From Amphiscolops sp. MND2022 (taxonomy: Eukaryota), in contig OZ076409.1 of the NCBI GenBank assembly GCA_964187785.1, positions 95,296,001-95,360,000 on the forward strand: a stretch of 64,000 nucleotides of DNA. Reading direction: 5' to 3'. Numbering within the stretch: the stretch's first letter is position 1; each line of letters starts with the position of its first letter. Below are positions 52,602 through 64,000 of this stretch, piece after piece. Both the position numbers and the translations under genes were made by a program. Below the pieces are notes generated by a model, which searched no databases, was not told where the DNA came from, and saw nothing but the letters and a program-made list of their open reading frames with translations.

Positions 52602-55600
52602 ATTAATTATCTCGGGTAGTTGTTGATTAAGCTCATTCAAAGTTCAGATAACCTTTCTATTGCAATACATTGCAAGCCTGCAATAAACAATTTATTGCCG
52701 TAACTTCAATTGCAAGACAATACTTTCCATCCCTGGTTCTTGCCTAAATTTAGCGGCAGCGCCACGGAAACAAAATTAACGACTGCTTAACTAAGCCTCG
52801 GATTTAAAAATATGAACCAAAAGGCAAGTCAAGCCAAGATCCGTTGAACTCTGAAAACAAATGCACATTCGAAAGAGCACATGAAATGACAGCACAAGAT
52901 GGATCATGAAGCCAGAACTGAATACAAAAGAGAAGCAGTCGAGGATAGATAGAAGGGAGTCAAATAACCACGACTCAGCCAGCCAATAAATGCAAAGAAA
53001 AAGTCACGAATTTCATTATTGTTTTCGTAATTAAAAGGAAAGTGAAGTCGGCCGTAGACAATTACAGCAAAATGAACGTTGCAGAAGCTTCCTCAAGGTC
53101 ATTGGTATCAATATTTTCCTCGTTATCGCACCGTGATCAACTGAATGGTAAAAATCGTGAAAGCAAAAACGAAGCCTTGAAATCATTTGCAAATTGAACA
53201 TCACAGATTTATTTGCGTTGCAATGGATGAACGGACTGGAAGAAATCATAAGTCATTGCTTGGATGTACAGTAGTGATTCAAGAAGAAGCAACATAGCAC
53301 GCGGAAAGAAAGCAAATAAAGAAATATCATTGGCTAATCAAGGTCTCACGCGCTCATTTCATTGATCGAGAGCAATTTCCAAAACATCATTTTCTTTACT
53401 TTTTTGAATTTTTGACCCACTTACAATTTTTTGGTTTCAAAATAATTTTGACAGAAAAATTCTCCCAAACATTTCGAATCTGACAATATAATCATTATTT
53501 AAAATTATAAAATCGTTCAAAATTAACACTTTTGTTTTTGGCAGAGGCATCAGAAAGTTTTGAGTCCTGGAAACTTTCTGAGTTGAATAAATTTTGAATT
53601 TCCTTGTTAACTGGGGTCGTTTTCTTTCGATAATCCTAGATTATGTGGGTCCTTGAAGGTGAGACCTTGAAGATGAGATATGTGGGTAGTTCTGGGAGTT
53701 TCAGTTTTTCTCGGGAAGGAAGCTTTTTTTCCTCTGCATTCAGGACGATCCATTTCACAGACTTTCTGGCTGTTTTCCTCAAACAAACAAAACACTACTT
53801 GTCAAAACTTTCAATACTTTGTTATTCTTCCTAAAAGTTATTCATAATCTTTGAACACTTTCAAAACTGGTTTCAACATCAAACCTCTAACAGTTTTGAA
53901 ATTAAATGAATTGAAATGAAAAATATGAATTTCCTCGAAGAAAAAACAAAGCTAGTTTTCCTAAGCTCCTTTGAACTAAGTGCTAACTGATCATGTCAGT
54001 GAGCAAAATTCTCGACCGTTACTTTAATGATTTGATCTAATTGCTCACTGATCATGCCAGTAAGCAAAATTTTTGAATTGAAAGTTTATGATTTGAATTC
54101 TCGTGACTGAATTCAATACTAATCATCATTGAATCGATACCGATGTTTTCCCACAATAACTGAAACATCAAGTGAAATTGATCCATTGGAATCTTTACAA
54201 CAATGTTTTTAAAACCATCTTTAATATAGATGAACCAATGACTCACAAAACGCGTAAAATAGTCATGTTCATTACTGTGGTACACTATTTGACTAATTTA
54301 CACCACGTATTTAGTAAGACGGCGTAATTCAGTCAAAATGCGTAGTGGAAAATCGCGTATTTTAGTCAAAGTGCGTAGTACTGCATCAGTGCGTAATTCA
54401 GTCAATTAGTGTAAATTTATGGACCGGAAAATAGTGTTAACCAGTCAATAAGTGAATTTTAGTCTTTCAGTGTAACTAATTATCACTTGGTGTAATAGGA
54501 GAAAAGTGTAAAATGGTATTTATAATAATAACTCACTGTGATTGGTTTTTAATGCAAGTCGCAAGATCTGGGAACTTGCTTGCAGGGATATGTATCGTAA
54601 TGACCATCATCACTCTGAGGCTGACACAAATAATCTGAACTGTACTAGTGGTCAAACCTCATTTACATACAAATTTTCGATTGGAATCCAACTATTTGAA
54701 ATCGGTTATTTTCAATTGCCTACTACGAGAAAGAAAAAAAGAAAGACTAGGAAGTCAAAGGAAGCTGAAATGCTATCCAACCTAGAAAACATGGATATAA
54801 CGCTTTGAAGCAATCACTTTGAACGAGAGGATACTGCGTTTGCAAATTCGGATAGAAGGCCTGAACGTCCTAGTTGTGATGCATTAGTAGGCCACAAAAC
54901 CAATTCTCATTCTAATTCTGGTGAGAACGAGATCTGGAGGTTTGCTGGAAATGGCCATAATTCAAGGGATAATGATTCTTGTAGCGAGATAAATTGTCTG
55001 TGAGTAGAACTTAATCAAAGAATTACTCAAAAATGAATGAGCAGCTTGAGTTCACAAATTCAAAGGGCTATAAGTAAAGAAATAAATGAACAAGTTTTAC
55101 CACAAATTCCAGCCTCACTTAGGTCCGGTTCCGGACAAATGCCCCAAAAGGGATGGAACGTTCCCACCGAGAGACCGGAATATAGATCCGAAAGGAATCT
55201 TAAACACAAAGTTAGAAGTAGCCCAAGTGATAAGTTCCCCTGAAATCTGTGAGACGAGGACGAGGACGGTACTCATGACAATATCGCTCTCAGTTGAACT
55301 GCCAAATTAATGCAAAATAACTTCAGTCACGTAATAAACTGCAAATAAGCGTCATGTTTAGCGTCCTATTTGAGAAGCGGTGATCACATAAGATGAGTAG
55401 TTCAGAAATCAAAATGTATATACAAAGTGATCGTGTCGGTGGGTAATGAAGTGGTATTTATTTTCAAATTTAATTGCAGTTGTGTAAAATGCAGTGTATT
55501 ACTGCAAAATTTTCCATCGGAATTACCACTGAATTTTCTAGGTTTTGTAAACAATTACTCTGCATGCAGGCCTGCAGCATGTAAAAAGTTCTTGCAGTCT

Positions 55601-55619
55601 CAATTAGGGTTGGCTTGAA

Positions 55620-55772
55620 AATTACGATACATATTCCCGCGAGCAAGTTCCCAGATCTTGCGACATGCATTAATAACCAATCACAGTGAGTTATTATGAT
55701 GTTGACAGTTTTACACTTTTCTCCTATTACACCAAGTGCTAATTAGTTTCACTGAATGACTAAATTCACTAA
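55620..55772. repeat. Isolated terminus of the CATTA family (inverted copy of 54452-54602)
   Basis: About 150-bp reverse-complement match to the right end of the large element. Confidence 0.8.
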
Positions 55773-56028
55773 AAAATTCACTTTTTGAAAAAGGCCAACG
55801 TTGAGTTGAACGCGGTTTATTTGTTTTCACTGATTATTGAATACGAATAATCAAATAATACTTTTTAATGATAAAAAATTCGTTGGTGGTCAAAAAATGC
55901 TGCAAAATCTGTTTCTCTTTGAAACTTCCTCTTTCTAATTGATGAAATTTGATAGGATGACCATTTTTCATAATTAATTATTTTGTAACTTGTTCTTTCG
56001 ATGCTTCTTATTGCGATTATGCAGTTCT

Positions 56029-56298
56029 TGACAAGGTTTTTTTGCTATTTTTGGTGTTCTGCAAAAATACGTTTTGAAAAACATGCCTGATTGATCGTTT
56101 GATATTCCTGTGATTTCTAGATATGATTTCAGTGGTTTTAGTTCTGTTTTTGTTCTTTTGCCTGTGATTATAAACAGAACAAACAAAAGAACAAAACTAA
56201 ACTCATACCTAAAAATCACTGAAATATCTAACGATCAATCAGGCATGTTTTCAGAAAGTGTTTTCACATAACACCAAAAATAGCAAAATATCTTGTCA
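56029..56298. repeat. Foldback MITE-like inverted repeat
   Basis: tgacaag...ttgctatttttggtgtt...aaaacatgcctgattgatcgtt vs aacgatcaatcaggcatgtttt...aacaccaaaaatagcaaaa...cttgtca. Confidence 0.8.
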
Positions 56299-57095
56299 CT
56301 CTTAGATTTAAGTGAATTTTAGATTATATTTCAATTTACCATTAATTATTTTAAACTAATTTCTGATTCTGTTTTTTCTAGCTAAATCGCAGTTGTGGGC
56401 AAGGTTTTTCTTGCCATCTTGGGCTTTAAGCCAAAATATACTAAGAATTCCTGAAAGTTTTTTTTAAACATGTCTGCCGTCTGCCCTGATAAGATCCTAC
56501 CATGGCACCATTCGAACGATGGGAAAATATTTGCGACATCTTAGCCAAGATTACTCCCAGATCTTGCCAAGATATTCACGGAGGGCCAACTCGGGCAGAC
56601 ATTTGATTTTCCAGCTGAGTATTTTGTTCCGATAGAACACGTTTATGAGTACTGATATTTGAACGATAACTTTTACACTTCAATCTAACCAATAAAAACG
56701 CCAAACATTAAATCGTTGTATCACTTGATGGTTCTATCGTCGAACTCCCATACATTATCTGGCAGAATGATGCAGAAACCACGCATATCAGGCATTATCT
56801 GCAAGACTCTTACAATCGTCTCACAGTTCAGACAAAACCTGTCAGTTTCTTACAGCTCGGACAATTTTTGCAGTGTCATACATTTCTTGCAAGATTCTGG
56901 CAGGTTCAGACACTTTTTGCAAGATTCTCGAACAGATTTCGCAAGAAAATTCAAAAGCTTGCAAGAAAATCTGCAAACAAATTTCTGGCCTGCATCATAC
57001 ACACCATGGTGTATATATCGGAATTGCTCATTACTCTCCACGACGGTTTTGTTGATAGATTTAAAAGAGTTTTGATTTGAATATTGTGCTTGTAG

Positions 57096-57187
57096 ATTAA
57101 AGTGGCAGTGACATTCTTCATGGGACAGGAAATGCTGATTGGAGAAGAATTTAATCTCACAGTCACTTTGTACCAGGTGGATGAAAA
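57096..57187 (+). CDS. Exon 13
   Basis: ttgtag / gtaagg (alternative donor gtggat after 57176); IKVAVTFFMGQEMLIGEEFNLTVTLYQVDE; continues the repeat pattern of exon 12. Confidence 0.75.
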
Positions 57188-57395
57188 GTAAGGGAGTTAA
57201 CTTTTTTTACTGCAGGTCATGTCAATCTTATACTTGTTCTATTCAAAGGTTTTCTAGGCTATTCAAAGATTATATTTTAACAAAGTTTCTACTGCTAGCA
57301 ACTATACTCTTCTATAACCAACATAATAATGTACATGTAGTTTTGACTAAATGTTTCTTTTTGAGTTTGTTTATCAACAACTCCTAGCTCTCTAG

Positions 57396-57518
57396 ACACT
57401 CGATGAACTGAAACTCGGTAGAGGTCAAGAACCGGGTTGAACCGGATAACAATACTCTACTGATGTTAATGCCAGTAGATAAAATCTCTAAGATACCCGC
57501 CAAAAACGAACTAATTTG
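57396..57518 (+). CDS. Exon 14, phase 2/2, with in-frame TGA at 57409-57411
   Basis: ctctag / gtatcg; HSMN*NSVEVKNRVEPDNNTLLMLMPVDKISKIPAKNELI(C); phases match both neighbours. Confidence 0.55.
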
Positions 57519-58037
57519 GTATCGATGAATACCCAATACCCAAGAGTTCTAAAAATTCTAAATCCAAGTATCACGTCACTGATAGCTAGGAGGAGAAAAT
57601 TCAATTTGAGGAAACTTTGGAACAAATGACCCCCTAAATCCAGCAATATTGTTGGTACTCTATGCCAGCCCATATACAAATGATTTCTCCTCAGTGTCTC
57701 ATCTAGTTTTGTAAAAATTGAACCAGTTTCATTATTTTTATCGATTGGGAAAGTAGAACAAAAACTGAATAAGTTTCAAGTTAAGTTTTCACTTGCCCAA
57801 TCAAGTTATTTTCCCTTAGTCGATAATATATCCATTCAACAATTCAATCACCATTTTGTTTCATTTGTAAGAAAAGTTATCCATCTGATGCATGAATATT
57901 TTCACTTTTATCTCACTTTTTTTGTCACAAATTCTTGTGTATACTTTTGATACCATCTCCAATGTATTCTCTGAGCATTTTTCTGTAAACGGGTAGTGAG
58001 GTCAACTAAGAGGGCAGTGAGGTCATTCTAATTCCAG

Positions 58038-58201
58038 CGAGGTCAATCAAAAACTGGTCAAGTACGGCGAGCGATTTGAGGTCGTCCAGTGTCATTTGGA
58101 GGGACTGCCCATTTACGCCCGAACCGAGAGGTCTTTTGAAGACGCAATCGCCGCTTATCCTTCAGCATTCTCCTCTGATGATTACGCAATACCCATAAAA
58201 A
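58038..58201 (+). CDS. Exon 15
   Basis: attccag / gtaagt; EVNQKLVKYGERFEVVQCHLEGLPIYARTERSFEDAIAAYPSAFSSDDYAIPIK; phase 2 in, phase 1 out. Confidence 0.8.
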
Positions 58202-58838
58202 GTAAGTTTGTAGCAGAGTTTTGACATCGCTATTTTTTTCGCTAATCGCTAATCCGCTAATTTCAAAATCGCTATTTCGCTGAAAAACTTTTTAATGCTT
58301 GGAATTTCAAAATCCAATGATAACTCACTTCAATTTTTGCTAAAAAATTTTTAATATTGTGTAAGTTTTACAAGTGTAAGAGTTAGAATTTTCGAAATTC
58401 ATTCTGAAACTCCGTGTATACTGAGAGGAAAACCGATAATTTGAATCGCTAATAGGAACGCTGAAAAAGTATATTAATTTAGTCGTTAATGATTTTTATT
58501 TGTATTCAGTTTAAACTTTTTCGCTTTTTCAAGGTCCATTTCTGATGAATTTTAAATGAAATTATGATATTTTTGAACATAACTTCAGTAAAGATTTCCA
58601 AGATTTTTTTCCTCCGATAAGTCATCGACATGATGCGCAATTTTTAATAATATATCGCCCAAAGAGTCCCTCGTTTGATTCGAATTCTGTTTGTTTACCA
58701 AAAAAGCTTCTGCTATAATCGGTTCTTTGCTTCGGAAAGCGTCGACTAATGAACTTGAAATATGCTGCCAAGAAATCACAGATCGAATTCAAGATCTTAC
58801 CGCGACTCCAAGTTTCACAAAATTTGCCTAACTTCGCG

Positions 58839-58935
58839 AAGGGACCATGTTTTCTACCCCCCCCCCCCAAAGGGACCATGTTTTCTATCACCCCCCCCCC
58901 CAAAGGGACCATGTTTTTTTACCCCCCCCCCCAAA
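58839..58935. repeat. Three tandem copies of an about 32-bp unit with C9-C11 runs
   Basis: aagggaccatgttttctacccccccccca repeated three times. Confidence 0.85.
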
Positions 58936-59576
58936 GCGCTCGCAGGAGGGAAATAAGGAACAAAGTAAAGTAAAGTACCGTCATGTCGCCTTCCTTTGCG
59001 TTGAAATTTTTGGTATCTTTTACATTAACTCACAGTTGAAAGATGCTTGTCTCAATGTATGGCGGAAAAAATTTGCGTTAAAATAGGGATAATTTAGAAC
59101 TCCATAACACGGTATGATCACAAAGCTAGCACTATGTTTGCCTGAGATTATTTTCTATTCTTGCGACGAGTTTTCCGCCGGAGAATTTTCGGCGAGTTGC
59201 TTTTCGACGAGTTTTCCGCCTAGTATTTTCGACGAGTTGTTTTCGGCGAGTTGTTTTCGACGAGTTGTTTTCGACGAGTTTTCCTAGATTCATTTTGACA
59301 CCATTTTAGCTTGTTCCAGGCGTGAATTTTTGCTATTTTAGACAATAATATAGAAAAATTAGGGTCATTTTTTGCTGGAAGTGTCAAAACAGGATAATAT
59401 TTTAATTTATATAATAATTTTATTTGTCTTCAAGAATAAAATATGCATTCGTGTTAGGAGGAGGGGGAATTCGAAACAAGGTGTACATTGGGGGGGGATT
59501 ATGTTTGAATAAGACACATGGTCCTCGCGAAGACTTGAAAGATTTCGAAGTTCGAACTGATCTGAGTTTTTTCCAG

Positions 59577-59825
59577 TTCAACTTCCGCCCAATTTCAACG
59601 GAGACCCCACGTTGCACATATACAGCCCCAAGATGGGAAACAAGGGGGCGTTTTTCACAATGAGGGGAATAGAACTCAATTCAGAGGCCGGAGTGGGGCC
59701 AGATTTGAATGCCAGTTTTCTGGATAACTCTGGCATGGAAGAGAGCACGTACATCAGCATGGAGAGGACTCGGCCTGACGAAGAAACCTCCGTCACTTTC
59801 AGCATCGGCCGATTCACCAGCTTGG
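59577..59825 (+). CDS. Exon 16
   Basis: ttttccag / gttcga; (I)QLPPNFNGDPTLHIYSPKMGNKGAFFTMRGIELNSEAGVGPDLN...VTFSIGRFTSL; phase 1/1. Confidence 0.8.
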
Positions 59826-60737
59826 GTTCGAATCCCACACATTGCATTTTTTTTCAAATTTTGCTATATTATCCATATATCTAGTTGAGATCTTTTAAAT
59901 GTTTGTTGAATCTAGGAAAATTCATCGAAAACAACTGGTCAAAAATTCTGCGGTGGAAAACTCTTCGCAAGTACATGAAATCAATTCAGTCAAATATGGT
60001 GCTAATTTTGTGATTCTATTGTATTACCAACAAACAACAAAATTATCACACAGTGAACTAACTATTCAACTAAAACAGTTTTATTATGGGTGAAAGGGAA
60101 AATTTACGCATCAATTAAGGAAATTTAATTCATAATTAGCACTTCGCAGCTATCGTCTTTATAAAAAAGCATTTTTCTTGTGGGTTAATAATAGCCAATT
60201 GGTAATATGTAAATTTTTCGACGAATTTGCGACTAATTAATAATCGACGAGTTTTTTTGCGACCAGTTTTCCGCCCTTAAATTTCGACGAGTTGCATTCG
60301 GCGAGTTGTTTTTGACGAGTATTCCGCATACCATATCCGAAAATAGCATTAATGGAGTCCAGGATTTAAATTGACATTTTCTCGGAGAAATCTTCGCTTT
60401 TCAGTTTTCGGTAAATGATTTGGAACTATACCAGTTATAAGAATGGTAGTGGGTTCTAGTTCTATTGTGTGTCGAAATACCTGCTCTGTCGAAAAAACCA
60501 ACATAATAGACTCCTTGATACTTTCTATAAGTTCTTCAACTTCTGGAACAGAAATGTCAAAAACCTGTTTTTCATTGGAAAACACAATTATACATGTTTT
60601 TATCGAAAACAAAACAGTATTTTTGTATTTCACGTTTTTTATTTCGAAATGATACCAACAAATATACAAGTATCAAATTGTTAGCGATTTATATTTCATA
60701 TGTTTCTATATAGATTTTTTTATCTTACTTTTTCCAG

Positions 60738-60928
60738 ACACCAACCAGAGAATGGGTTCATACAATGACTTGAACACGAAGGAGATTGCGGCCGAACGGA
60801 GCTTCGAGGTCAAAGTTTACGTCAAGGTCATGGACGAGGACGCCATGGCTGACGAAGACCAAGTCATGGACATGTTTTGGGCAATCGAGAGCAAAAATGT
60901 CCTCGTCATGAACACTTACAAGTTTAAG
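60738..60928 (+). CDS. Exon 17
   Basis: ttttccag / gtacac; (D)TNQRMGSYNDLNTKEIAAERSFEVKVYVKVMDED...MNTYKFK; phase 1 in, phase 0 out. Confidence 0.85.
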
Positions 60929-60946
60929 GTACACTCTTTGACACTA

Positions 60947-61974
60947 AACAAGACGCCCGCAGACCAACGGGATAATTTGCGGCTTCTTAGTTGACTATTT
61001 TAGTTAATCGACTGTTTTCGTTACTAGTAACTAAATGCGTCACTATACGGAATTTACTAGAATGAGCATACGTCACTATGCGGGAATGAGATTCTGAGCA
61101 TACGTCATTATGCGGATTTCACTGGAGCGAGTTGGCGTCAGCAATAGTCAAGTAACTAAAATAGTCAAGTAGTGGATGGAGATTGTGGAGATTGGCCGAA
61201 TTTGAAAAAAAAACGCGATACAGATTATGGTTTTCCTCCACCATTTTATGTGGGCGGAAAATAACAAGCCGCCGCCTAAGCAACGGGAAATTTTCCAGCA
61301 CACTCGTGTTGCAAAAAAAAGTATAACAAAAACGAGGAGGGAGTAATAACGTGGAGATTTGGCAGAATTTGGGAAAGAACGCTACACAGATGGTGATTTT
61401 CCTCCCTCGACACAAAACTTGTGAGCGCAGAATAAAACAAGACGGGAACGTCCCAAGTCGGCGCCATATCTTAGGCTCAAAAATATTCAAGGAACAACTA
61501 TTGTAAAAATTTGGAAAAAAAATTTTTCAAAAAAATTATTTTTGAAATTTTTTTTCGAAAAAAAAGTATTTTTTAAGTCGCAAAATGCCGAAAAACTCAA
61601 AAAAAGGCCATTCAGGCTCATTCAACGTTTTCTACAAACCGAAAATTTCAAAAAAAATGCAAGGGGGTACCCTTTGATAAATTTCAAAAATTTTCGAAAA
61701 AAGTCGCATAGTGCCGAAAAAAACCCAAAGGGGGGGCCCTTTGGTCTCACCTGTACTTTTGGAAGCATTAAAAAATTTATGGTTTAGTGCGAGAATCGAA
61801 CCCACGCACTCCGGCTGGGTCGAAGATGGAAGATGAACAAATATGAAAGATGAACAAATTGTAAGAAAAGTGGACCACTCAGAGTGAGATTGTCAACTGA
61901 AAAAAACAAAAAAAAAAACTACTCACTGTAAGAGTCGGGCTTTTTTCCTTAAGGGAAAAGGCGCCGACTAAAAA
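60947..61974 (-). mobile_element. Head-to-tail train of three HINE-like elements (B 60947-61264; variant 61263-61437; A 61436-61974)
   Basis: Each starts with AACAAG plus a hairpin on the + strand and ends in subTIR plus A-run, with no spacer between them. Confidence 0.7.
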
Positions 61975-62801
61975 CAGGCGGGTCTTTCATAATTACGCTG
62001 ACAATTAGTTTTGAAAAATTTGAACTCTGCTATCAAGTGTTTGGCCAACTGGCAGTGTAACTTTTATGATTCAAATCCAATAATTGAAGCTGACATTTTT
62101 CTGAAAAAATAACTCGGCGTTCAAAATCTCATAATTTTGAGACCATTTGACCCAGCACGCATTGTCCGAATTTTTGACGTTATACCCGAAGTAAATTGCG
62201 TTTTACTAGGTAGGAGGGGGAGGTTCGAATCTTAATTTCTGTTACTTTGAGATTAAGATTTTTTCAAAAAAGATTTCTTGACGCTATGAAGTACTTTTGA
62301 CGTTAAGCTGGGAGCTGACTTAGGCCGATCCCGGCTTGTTTGCCTTACGATAGAAATTTTTGCATCACAATATCCGCTGATAGTTGTTATTTTGATTGAC
62401 AAACCAATGGGGGTGGATGGTGGATGTCAATGTTCCAAAAAAGATAATTAAGAAACTTCCAAAAAATTCCCTGAAAATCTGCACAGAAAACCTTCTGTAA
62501 TCATCAGTAAAGATCCTTGCAGATCTGGACCTGTCCTCCCGAATCAGTGTCTCCCATCGAAAGGCAATAAGGCTCATCCAGCGTTCGACATCTTGAATAT
62601 ATTGCCAAGACATTGCCAAGCTCTTTCCAGATCTTCCAAAATCTTGCAAAGATGTTGCAAGATCTTCCAAGATCCTGCCAAGATCTTACAAGTTCTGGCA
62701 AGATCTTCTAAAAATTCTAGATCTTGTCAAGATATCGAAGATGAAATCTAGATCTGTACAGCATGGGAAGCGAAGAAATGAGTTGTTGTTGTTGTTTGTA
62801 G

Positions 62802-62909
62802 GTCAAGTTTCACCCCAGCAGACGACCCATTTTGGAAGTGAAGAGCGACCTCAGCTTCAAAATTGACCGCGAGTTTGAACCAGGCGACGACATTCAGTTC
62901 ACAGTGCAA
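62802..62909 (+). CDS. Exon 18 (last visible; gene continues beyond the window)
   Basis: ttgtag / gtcagt; VKFHPSRRPILEVKSDLSFKIDREFEPGDDIQFTVQ; phase 0/0. Confidence 0.8.
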
Positions 62910-64000
62910 GTCAGTCAATACCAAATACTAGGTAAACCAAAAAATACGGCACGGACGTAAGCTTTTGAGCTCCCAGGATGTCAAATGATTGCCAACAAAC
63001 TTTTCAAAACAACTTTGAACACTAAAACTCAGCTTTTTAATCATTCAGTTTGACAACATTTCTTTCACACATTCGAGTGTCAAATTCGCACATCAGAAGT
63101 GCGAACAAAATGACTGGTAAAGATGTCTAGACTTTCTCGTAGGGTTTAAAATGTTCATAGTTGAAGATGTGATTACGTAATGAACGCTTCATTTTGAATG
63201 CTTGACGGAAAAAGTAAAACATTTTCAGCGCCTTGTTTACAAATATGACAATTTTGAACAGTGAAATTTTATGCGTTCCGTTTTTTGGTTCACCTAGTAT
63301 GGGCACTCACTTCAAGTGTTTTTCCAATGTAAGCTGAATTTCATTCAAAATGAACTAAGCGATCGATAAAAGTGAATGAAATTTTTTTCGCCTGGAAAAA
63401 TTGTTGATGCCCAAGCCTAATTTTCCGCAACAAAAACGGTTGTCTAGTCTCTTAGTACAATTTTCTATACTTTTGGCGTTTTATACTTCAAACATTGTAG
63501 GAATTGTTTACTTCAAGTTGTTTCAAAAAATTCAAATAACCTTTGATTTGGGAAAAAATTTAATATGCAGCATGTTTAATTTAGATTTTGGGCTATTTTT
63601 AGTCGGCGCTTTCGATACAAAACGCACTCTATAGCAGTAGTTTTTTAAAGGAATGCGAATTGACAAAATTGTATTGAAAATGTATAACGTTCTCCTTCGT
63701 TGTCTTCGCAACTCGCTGCTTTGGCCTAGAGGTCAATGCGGTTCCCAGTGTTCGGAGCCATGGTACCCTTGCCAAGATCCATGGCAAGTTCCTTGCAAGC
63801 CTTGCCAAGATCTTGTCATGATCTTGGCAAGGATACCATGGCCATGCAAGATCGTGCAAAGGCTAACCATGATTAACCATGATCTTGGCAAGGGTTCCAT
63901 GGTACCATTAACGAAACTTTTGGAAAATTAAGAGCCCTTATTTTCAAATTGTAACTAGTATCTAAAATTTTATTCGAACCAAAAAACAGACATATAGAAG

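Larger units (their letters stand above)
42807..54602. mobile_element. Large TIR DNA element with CATTA...TAATG ends (CACTA/CMC-like), no transposase recognised
   Basis: TIR CATTACGATACATGTCCCGCA vs reverse complement CATTACGATACATATCCCTGCA; 2-bp TSD AC; AGTCAA/TTGACT subterminal repeats at both ends. Confidence 0.75.
42315..55280 (+). mobile_element. Solo LTR (about 1.17 kb: 42315-42806 plus 54605-55280) split by an 11.8-kb insertion
   Basis: TG at 42315, CA at 55280; perfect 5-bp TSD ATATC (42310-42314, 55281-55285); halves rejoin at ggtggtatatatac|catc; the 3' half carries a decayed PTTRKKKRKTRKSKEAEML... ORF. Confidence 0.8.

Noticed and set aside
53640..53700. Possible plus-strand exon IMWVLEGETLKMRYVG
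   Set aside because: It lies inside the CATTA element, has no clear in-phase donor, and exons 12 and 13 already join in frame and in repeat register.

Overview
AT-rich eukaryotic (invertebrate-animal-like) genomic DNA with one 200-N gap (3714-3913). The backbone is one large plus-strand spliced gene that runs off both window ends. I reconstructed 18 phase-compatible coding exons by hand (449 to 62909, 3258 nt, about 1086 codons). They encode an uncharacterised protein built of repeated beta-rich modules of roughly 160-190 aa. The model has two apparent single-base anomalies: a GG instead of GT donor after 40761 and an in-frame TGA at 57409. The introns are packed with nested transposons. These include a full-length degenerate Ty3/gypsy element (14160-19959) and a 5'-truncated gypsy inside long inverted repeats (31431-36970). 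There are several solo or deleted LTRs, three of which carry an ORF that starts inside the LTR and reads out of its 3' end. Two or three families of DINE-1/HINE-like elements, MITEs and foldbacks are also present. An 11.8-kb CATTA...TAATG element with a 2-bp TSD (42807-54602) splits a solo LTR at its TATA box and carries decayed host-like exons, resembling a Pack-CACTA. No rRNA, intact tRNA, CRISPR or prokaryotic features are supported. All calls are by eye; no database search was run.
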